64,000 nucleotides of DNA from an archaeon (GTDB lineage Archaea; Nanobdellota; Nanobdellia; Woesearchaeales; UBA9642). Below are positions 57,904 to 64,000 of the stretch, piece after piece. The DNA lies in contig JAZDHK010000023.1 of the NCBI GenBank assembly GCA_043806035.1, positions 1 to 64,000 on the forward strand, given 5' to 3'. Both the position numbers and the translations under genes were made by a program. The first letter of the stretch is position 1; each line of letters begins with the position of its first letter. The notes beneath the pieces are model-generated. The model did not search any database. It worked only from the letters and a program-made list of their open reading frames with translations, and was not told the DNA's origin.

Positions 57904-58361
57904 TGCTGGCACTCAAGCCAATGAACAGCAAAGATGTCAAGCACGTCAAGCAGCTGCTCAAAGAACAGTTCGGCATAGCTGCACTTCCCGACGGCTTCTT
58001 TTTTATCAACAAGGAGCACAAGCTCTACTTTATCAACAGGGACGTTGACCGTGTTGATTTTGAGCAGCTCAGGATAGACACGCTTGGCATGTATTTTGGC
58101 GAGCTCGAGGAGGATGGCATCAGGCTCAGTATGGATGCCTGCCAGCTGCTCGGCCAAAACGCAAGCAAGAATGTTCTTTTACTTACTGCTGGGCAGCTTG
58201 AGCACTGGGTGAAAGGAGAGACGATGAACTGGGCATCAGACACAAGAGGATTCGTGCTTGTTCGTTATGGGAATGATTTTCTCGGCTGTGGAAAGTTGGG
58301 CAAGGATAAACTCTACAATTATGTCTCAAAATCACGAAAGCTTAAAGTGCTCAATGCCTGA
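57900..58361 (+). CDS. NIP7/RsmF-C-terminal PUA-like RNA-binding protein
   Basis: GMYFG, IRLS, W.KGE, DFLGCGK, NYVSKSR. Confidence 0.75.
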   Translation: MMLALKPMNSKDVKHVKQLLKEQFGIAALPDGFFFINKEHKLYFINRDVDRVDFEQLRIDTLGMYFGELEEDGIRLSMDACQLLGQNASKNVLLLTAGQLEHWVKGETMNWASDTRGFVLVRYGNDFLGCGKLGKDKLYNYVSKSRKLKVLNA

Positions 58362-59520
58362 AGAGCAATCCTTGTGCGTACTCTCTCAAGAACGGCGTGC
58401 TCATGGTGCCGAATGCTGCATCTCCTAATCGTTCTCCAAATGTATCGCCTTGCAGTTTGCTCTCATAGAACGTGTCTGCAAACTTGCCGTGCTGCTTGAG
58501 GATGTGTCCTTCCCTGAGCAGATGAAAGAGCTTCACCCGCTGCATGTTCATCCTGTCTCTGCTGACGAGATCTGCTTCGCGTGATTTTCTGATTATTTCA
58601 TCGACGTCGCTTCTTGTTCTGTCTGCAAGCTGTTGCTGTATCAGGATGTTTTTCTGCTCGGTGAGGAATAGGTCATGATAGTCTTTAGGGAATTTGAAAG
58701 GGTGCCCATAGGCGTGCGTGAACTCTTCCCTGGCAGCACGGCTGGCATGCATGCTCTCCTTGTATTCAGCAGGCGCATGCAACAGGCCATAGATGTATTC
58801 CTGGAGACGTGCGGCGAACGAGCTGACGTAACAGGAGACGTTCGGTTCTTTCGTGAGCAGCGTATCTATCATGAGAAATCCATCCCGTACATTTTTTGTG
58901 TGGAAGGTGCCGCTCTTGTTCAGTGCCTGGTCCATGATGCGTATCTCGTTGAGAATCTGCTTGCCTCGCTTGATGCGTGCGCGCATGTAGTTGTTCGTCA
59001 TGCCAAGTTTTGGATTGACGGCATTGATGGCGTCGGCGAGAGAAAAATAGTAGATTGACTTCCTTCTCGTATAGTATGCTTTGGTGAGTGCCTCTTCGCC
59101 GTCTTCGTATTCGAGAATTTTGTTGGATATGCTCCGTACTGCTCTGGCGAAGAACGGGATGCTGATGCGATGCTCGGAAGGAATAGCCAAGGATTTGAGC
59201 GATTTGCCGATGCGTTCTTTCGTCTGTGGCGTTCCTTCGATGAATGCCTCAGCGTTCTGCATAAGCTCTGGTGAGAGAGGGAATTGTTGGACATCCTGGA
59301 TGTACCGTGCAGTAAATACTGCTGCCGCATCAGGATCGGTGTCGATGAGCTCCCCGTATCGTGATAGGAAGATGTTTCTTTGCAGCGACGGAGATACTGA
59401 TTGTATGCTGTCGATAAGAGGGGTGATACGCGCATCGAGTTGTGCGCGCTGCTCATCCGTGTAGAGCATGTCCTCTATCCGTCGTGGTTGCACCATATCT
59501 TTCATGCGTGTTCGAAGCAT
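58351..59520 (-). CDS. Hypothetical protein (helical)
   Basis: 389-aa ORF with a TATA (TTTATATA) upstream. No motif recognised. Confidence 0.7.
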   Translation of the reverse strand: MLRTRMKDMVQPRRIEDMLYTDEQRAQLDARITPLIDSIQSVSPSLQRNIFLSRYGELIDTDPDAAAVFTARYIQDVQQFPLSPELMQNAEAFIEGTPQTKERIGKSLKSLAIPSEHRISIPFFARAVRSISNKILEYEDGEEALTKAYYTRRKSIYYFSLADAINAVNPKLGMTNNYMRARIKRGKQILNEIRIMDQALNKSGTFHTKNVRDGFLMIDTLLTKEPNVSCYVSSFAARLQEYIYGLLHAPAEYKESMHASRAAREEFTHAYGHPFKFPKDYHDLFLTEQKNILIQQQLADRTRSDVDEIIRKSREADLVSRDRMNMQRVKLFHLLREGHILKQHGKFADTFYESKLQGDTFGERLGDAAFGTMSTPFLREYAQGLLFRH

Positions 59521-59562
59521 GCTTGTCGTATATAAATGTTTCTATTTGTAATCACTATATAG

Positions 59563-60261
59563 TTATAACTTTTTTAGTGCGTCTGGCAATGCCATGATGG
59601 ACAGAATGGTTTTGTCGACGAAGGGATAGTGCACGTCTCGCTGTAATGCTTCCTGTGTCCAGATGGTTTTCATGCCGAGCTGTTTTGCAGGCAGCAAATC
59701 CATCTCCGGATGATCGCCCACCATGGCTATTTCCTGAGGTCGCAGCTGGAGCTGCTTCATGATGAGCCGCCAGCCTGCAGGATCAGGTTTGTTCGCGAAC
59801 ACGTCATCGCTCGTCACAATCTTTTTGAAAAATTGGTCAATGCAGAGCTTCTTGATGCGTTCGAGCTTTATGGGTTTGTAGCCGTCACTGTCGCTGAACA
59901 TGCAGAGCGTGTACTGCGTTGACAGTTCTTGGAGAATCTCTATTGTTCCAGGAAATAACGTGCTGACCTCGAGGATTTTCTTCCAATACGCATCCTCGAG
60001 TGATTTCACTTCAGGAATATCATAGTCTGCGTTGAGCGTATGCAATGCTGTGCTGATCCAGGTCTCCCTGCTCATGTCGATAGGTCGTTTGGTCTTATGC
60101 ACGTACTTAGCCTTGGCTGCATTGAATGCATCAAGAAACGCTTTTTGCGTGAGTCCGTACTGCTTAGCGGCGAGTGAAGCCACCTGTGCATCAGCCTCCG
60201 CTTCTGCAGGGCTCCACCGCTCCAACGTATCGTCAAAATCAAAGATGACTGCACTAATCAT
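59563..60261 (-). CDS. HAD-superfamily hydrolase
   Basis: FDFDDTL, KPDP, VGD...D. Confidence 0.9.
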   Translation of the reverse strand: MISAVIFDFDDTLERWSPAEAEADAQVASLAAKQYGLTQKAFLDAFNAAKAKYVHKTKRPIDMSRETWISTALHTLNADYDIPEVKSLEDAYWKKILEVSTLFPGTIEILQELSTQYTLCMFSDSDGYKPIKLERIKKLCIDQFFKKIVTSDDVFANKPDPAGWRLIMKQLQLRPQEIAMVGDHPEMDLLPAKQLGMKTIWTQEALQRDVHYPFVDKTILSIMALPDALKKL

Positions 60262-60497
60262 AGCATCTCATCGATGGGTGGTTTTTTGCCATCCTTCTTC
60301 TCGACTGCCTCTTTCTGCAGATCAACGCCTAATTCCTTGAGCGCTGAGACGTGCATGTGCATGAGCTGCTCGACAATCTGCAGAATCCGTGCCAGCTCCT
60401 GCCTCTCCTTTGCCAGTGTTGACAATGCGCCTTTATGAAATCCTATCTGCTCCTCTTTTGTTTCCTTGCTCGCTTCTGGTTTGTCTTTCTTCGCCAT
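60258..60497 (-). CDS. Small conserved coiled-coil protein
   Basis: EQIGFHKGALSTLAKERQEL. GAGGAG SD. ATGA overlap with the HAD gene. Confidence 0.75.
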   Translation of the reverse strand: MAKKDKPEASKETKEEQIGFHKGALSTLAKERQELARILQIVEQLMHMHVSALKELGVDLQKEAVEKKDGKKPPIDEML

Positions 60498-60571
60498 AGT
60501 CTCTCCTCAATATGCTTTTTGCACAAAGAGTGACGGCAATATTTATAAAGATGCTTTATTTTTGGGGATAC

Positions 60572-61102
60572 ATGCTGTTGCAACAGATTTCCCAAACCGT
60601 CTTGACGATCATCGTCGCCGTTCTTGTCTTGTTTATGGGGCTTATCCTTGGACTGGTCTTGCGCAAGTTGATCAAGCGTCTCCTAGGCATTCTCAAGCTG
60701 AACGACGTGCTCTATCGTCTTAGCGGTGTTAAGACGAAGATGGACGTAGTGCTTTCTTGGGCAGTCGCCATGGCAGTGTATGCTATTACTATTTATCTTG
60801 TGTTGGGCAAGCTCGGCATTCTTCGCGTTGCGGGAATATTATTTTTTTCCTGCCTTGGCGTGTTGTTCCTGCTCTGGCTGCTCTTCGGTGCCAAAGATGC
60901 AATAACGAATTACTTTGCGGGAAGACCGCTGCGCAAACACCTGCACGTGGGAAGCGCGGTTTCATTCGGGTCTATCAAAGGCATCGTGCAACGGCTGGGC
61001 GCGTGTGAGTGCGTGCTTAGAAGTGGGGACGAGCTGTACGTCGTTCCCTACATCATTGCAGTTTCTCCAGCAAAGAAGAAACGTGATAAATCTGTGTCCT
61101 GA
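60572..61102 (+). CDS. Short MscS-like mechanosensitive channel protein
   Basis: TM helices, KDAITNYFAG, VGSAV...G.V, VVPY. Confidence 0.7.
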   Translation: MLLQQISQTVLTIIVAVLVLFMGLILGLVLRKLIKRLLGILKLNDVLYRLSGVKTKMDVVLSWAVAMAVYAITIYLVLGKLGILRVAGILFFSCLGVLFLLWLLFGAKDAITNYFAGRPLRKHLHVGSAVSFGSIKGIVQRLGACECVLRSGDELYVVPYIIAVSPAKKKRDKSVS

Positions 61103-61304
61103 CGAATCCCTGCAGGTTGTTGTCTTCTGCAAGCGAGTCAAGCAGGGTGAGGCTTTTGTTGACGATGAGTGAGCTGTCTTCCTTCTTGTTTTGCAGGTTT
61201 TCTCTGATTTCGCGCATCCGCTCCCGAACGTTACGGGGAAGGTCGTCATCTGTTTCTAGTTCCTGTAGCGCTTTGAGCAACTCGATAAGGACGTCATGTT
61301 TCAT
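61053..61304 (-). CDS. UPF0147 family protein
   Basis: D..PRNVR, LD.LAED.N...RTQI....S.LE. Confidence 0.85.
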   Translation of the reverse strand: MKHDVLIELLKALQELETDDDLPRNVRERMREIRENLQNKKEDSSLIVNKSLTLLDSLAEDNNLQGFVRTQIYHVSSLLEKLQ

Positions 61305-61308
61305 GGTT

Positions 61309-61617
61309 TCACTTCATCTTGGCAAGAACAGCAGAACGAATGTCCTCTGATTTTTTCTTGAGCTTCTCTTCCTGCTTCTCTATGTTTTTTATGCGTATGA
61401 CCAATAATTCTTTCTTCTCCTGTAATTCCTGACGAAGCTGTGCTGTTGGTGTTTTGACCATGAGGTTGCCGATGATCCTGTAGGCGTCATCTTGCTGTGT
61501 GAGTTCCTGCAGTGCAGATTCTAGTTCTGCCTGCTGTGCCTGGAACTGCTGACGCTGGCCTGACAGATGCTGGATGTTCTGTTCAATCACTTGGAGTTGT
61601 TGGATGTCTTTTTCCAT
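61309..61617 (-). CDS. pfdB: Prefoldin subunit beta
   Basis: Coiled coil around AYRIIGNLMVK. Typical gene context. Confidence 0.9.
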   Translation of the reverse strand: MEKDIQQLQVIEQNIQHLSGQRQQFQAQQAELESALQELTQQDDAYRIIGNLMVKTPTAQLRQELQEKKELLVIRIKNIEKQEEKLKKKSEDIRSAVLAKMK

Positions 61618-61831
61618 GTTCGCTCAGTTGCTCATGCAAGGTGAGGAGCTTCGTTATGGCGTTGCAGGTCGTGCGCAATGCGACTGAGTCCTGCGCTTGG
61701 ATGGTGAAGATAGTCTTCGTTGCGTCATGCAGCACGGCATACGTCGCCCTGTTGCCGATGTTCTTATCCTCTGCGGCAAAACTTTTTGCAATGCTGCCGT
61801 GCGGGTCATCGATGGTGATGGTGGCGTTCAT
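61583..61831 (-). CDS. pcc1: KEOPS complex subunit Pcc1
   Basis: IQAQDSVALR...N. Lies between rpoP and pfdB. Confidence 0.85.
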   Translation of the reverse strand: MNATITIDDPHGSIAKSFAAEDKNIGNRATYAVLHDATKTIFTIQAQDSVALRTTCNAITKLLTLHEQLSEHGKRHPTTPSD

Positions 61832-61965
61832 CGTGCCTTGAGCTTTGTCGTTGTCGTCCTTGTCTTGAAGAGAATCCTGCTGCCGCAGTATGGGCAGCGG
61901 ACGCGCTTCTTGATGTACGTGTCAGCGACGGGTTTGCTGCAGTTGAAGCATTTGTACTCGACCAT
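61828..61965 (-). CDS. rpoP: RNA polymerase subunit P (Rpo12)
   Basis: YKCFNC..VRCPYCGSRILFK..LKAR. Confidence 0.95.
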   Translation of the reverse strand: MVEYKCFNCSKPVADTYIKKRVRCPYCGSRILFKTRTTTTKLKAR

Positions 61966-61975
61966 GGCCCACCTC

Positions 61976-62200
61976 TTACTGAACCTCGAATTTGACGAGG
62001 CTGTATGCTCTGCTCGTGAATTTCGTGTCGCATTTTCTGCAATGCCAAATGCCCGCGGCAACCCGTTTTACCTGGGTTTTCCTACAGTAGGGGCAGAGAT
62101 GCTTCTTGCGCTGCTCTGCCTCGATCTTGCCGAACTTCTCTTTGACTGTTCTGCCGTATCGTGCGCCAAATCGTTTCATTGCCGGATGTTTTGTTACCAT
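61976..62200 (-). CDS. rpl37ae: 50S ribosomal protein L37ae
   Basis: RFGARYG, CPYC, VKRVAAGIWHCRKC. Confidence 0.96.
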   Translation of the reverse strand: MVTKHPAMKRFGARYGRTVKEKFGKIEAEQRKKHLCPYCRKTQVKRVAAGIWHCRKCDTKFTSRAYSLVKFEVQ

Positions 62201-62215
62201 GCACTCACCGTGAAG

Positions 62216-62320
62216 TGGGGCTGCCCAGACTTTCTGCAGTCCTGCATCGCAGGGTTGCGTTCGAACTGGGGTCTTCTGGTCCCAAACCAGAAAGGATGGA
62301 CCAAGCTACCCTACAGCCCC
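62216..62320 (-). tRNA. tRNA-Pro(UGG) with a 30-nt intron in the T-loop (62230-62259)
   Basis: Acceptor stem GGGGCTG/CAGCCCC, anticodon arm TCTGG-TT-TGG-GA-CCAGA, T-arm CCCAG-TTCGAA[30 nt]T-CTGGG. TATA upstream. Confidence 0.92.
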
Positions 62321-62453
62321 TTTTCGTCCCTGAGAACAGCAGTGCTTTTTTAAATGTTGTGCTTTCCCACTATGTGCATTTTTGAGGAGGGTCATGAAAT
62401 GCATCGTGACTGAAAAATACTCTTTGCAGAAAGCAAACACCTGCATGTGGCAA

Positions 62454-64000
62454 TCATACGATTTTCTCGATGTGCCTGCATTTGGGGAAAGTCGAGCAGC
62501 CGTAGAACTGGCCGTAGATGGACTTTCTCAGGAGAAGGTTGCCACCGCACTTCGGGCATTTCTTGACGATCTTTCCTGATGCTACGCCATCTGCTTCCTT
62601 CTGCGCCTTCTTGTCCTCTGATTTCTTTGCAGGACAGTCAGGATTGATGCATGCTTCTCTTTTTCTTCTTCCCGAAATGACGAGCACTTGCGGATAAGAG
62701 CAATGCGCGCACGGTGTAGGCAGCGACTTGATGATGCCGAAGACGGGGATGTTGAATGTCGCCTCGCAATCAGGATATTTGTCGCACGCGATGAATCGTT
62801 TCTTGAACTTCTTGCTCATCATGATACGTAACGTTCCCTGCTTGCATATCGGGCACGGTCCAATATAGCTTTCTTTCTCTCGCGTCTCCTGCAATGCTTC
62901 CTTCAGCTCTTCGCCTATCGCTTTCTCTTTCTTCTGGAAATTGGTGAGGATCTTGGTGAGCGTCTGCTTTGCCTCGTCCAGGACTTGCTCTGCGGTCATC
63001 TGCTTCCGGCGGATCTTTTCCATCTCCACTTCAAAATGCCTCGTCAGTTTGTCATCGACAATCTCGGGCACGTACTTAGTCAGGAGTTCTGCAGTCTTCA
63101 TGCCGAAGTCAGTAACTTTGATGGACTCGTCCTCGATGTAGCCGCGTTGGTAGAGGCTCTCGATGACGGCAGCACGGGTGGATTTCGTTCCTAAATTCCT
63201 CTTCTCGAGCTCCTTGATGACAGATGCTGGCGTGAACCGTTTCGGCGGCTGGGTCATCTTGTCCAGTTTGTCTATGCTCTTTGTCTTGAACACATCGCCT
63301 TCCTTTGCCGCAGGCAATTCTTGCTCCTCAAGTTTCACATATCCTTGATAGAATGCATGCCATCCTTCGATGGTCGTCCTCGTTCCTTTTGCGATGAACG
63401 GCTCGCCAGCAATGTCTATGCTTATGCTGACCGTCTCTCGCTCGGCAGGACTGCTAAAGCAACTCAGGAAACGCTTGACGATAAGATCATATATTTTTCC
63501 TTCCCGCTCCCGGAACACGTGTGCATGCCCAGTAGGATAGATTGCAGGATGTGCGGGATCGGTCTTCTTGCCCTCGCTCGGCTTCAGTGGACTGTGCTGT
63601 TTCAGGAGTTGATCGACGAGCTGCTTGTACTGCGGTTGCTTGGCGAGACTGCTGAGTATTTTCTGGTAGCCAATGCTTGCAGGAAGTTGCTGGCTGCTCG
63701 TTCTTGGATAGGAAATGAATCCTCCCGTGTAGAGTCCTTGTGCGATGTCAAGCGCATCTTTTGGAGGAATTCTGAACAGCCGATACGCTTCTGTCTGCAA
63801 TGAGGTGAGGTCAAAAGGGAAGGGTGGTGCTTGTGTCGACTTCTTCCTATCTATGGCGGTGACCTTGCCATCCTTGCCGCTTGTTTTTGTCAGCACCGCT
63901 TTGCACGTTTTTTCGTCAGTGAATTTATCTGTGGCGTGCTGGGCGATGAGTGCGTGCTTGTTGAGCGTGCCGCGCGCTTCGAGCTGCCAGAACGGCTCCG
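62454..64000 (-). CDS. topA: Type IA DNA topoisomerase, 5' end outside the window
   Basis: PFDLTSLQ, ISYPRT (catalytic Tyr), AHPAIYPT, LGTKSTR, C-terminal Zn ribbons. Confidence 0.95.
   Translation of the reverse strand, partial: EPFWQLEARGTLNKHALIAQHATDKFTDEKTCKAVLTKTSGKDGKVTAIDRKKSTQAPPFPFDLTSLQTEAYRLFRIPPKDALDIAQGLYTGGFISYPRTSSQQLPASIGYQKILSSLAKQPQYKQLVDQLLKQHSPLKPSEGKKTDPAHPAIYPTGHAHVFREREGKIYDLIVKRFLSCFSSPAERETVSISIDIAGEPFIAKGTRTTIEGWHAFYQGYVKLEEQELPAAKEGDVFKTKSIDKLDKMTQPPKRFTPASVIKELEKRNLGTKSTRAAVIESLYQRGYIEDESIKVTDFGMKTAELLTKYVPEIVDDKLTRHFEVEMEKIRRKQMTAEQVLDEAKQTLTKILTNFQKKEKAIGEELKEALQETREKESYIGPCPICKQGTLRIMMSKKFKKRFIACDKYPDCEATFNIPVFGIIKSLPTPCAHCSYPQVLVISGRRKREACINPDCPAKKSEDKKAQKEADGVASGKIVKKCPKCGGNLLLRKSIYGQFYGCSTFPKCRHIEKIV

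Noticed and set aside
62216-62460. tRNA-Pro as an integration site
   Set aside because: No duplicated tRNA 3' end or integrase was seen in the window, and the flanking genes are housekeeping.

Overview
Gene-dense archaeal chromosome segment, most consistent with a DPANN (Woesearchaeota-like) organism. Evidence: proteasome beta, aCPSF1, aIF2alpha, aIF5B, TFB, GINS, Nop10, Pcc1, RpoP, L44e/S27e/L37ae, TATA promoters and many bacterial-type enzymes. Housekeeping genes are interspersed with two clusters of class III signal peptide (type IV pilin-like) genes and several small accessory insertions. Main observations: (1) an operon for a J-domain Ser/Thr kinase, a 37-aa microprotein, a vWA protein and a truncated pyruvate-kinase-like barrel, inserted into the conserved rpl44e-rps27e-aIF2a-nop10 operon; (2) an unannotated RHH repressor with a palindromic operator, coupled to a GHKL-ATPase/HExxH-metallopeptidase fusion; (3) two copies of a 123-bp MITE with 12-bp TIRs and 9-bp target-site duplications; (4) tRNA-Pro(UGG) with a 30-nt T-loop intron; (5) a bacterial-type Lgt plus lipobox proteins; (6) a bacterial-core/archaeal-tail LeuRS and an ALHH-motif IleRS. 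No CRISPR array or rRNA was seen. All calls come from reading motifs by eye; no database searches were run.
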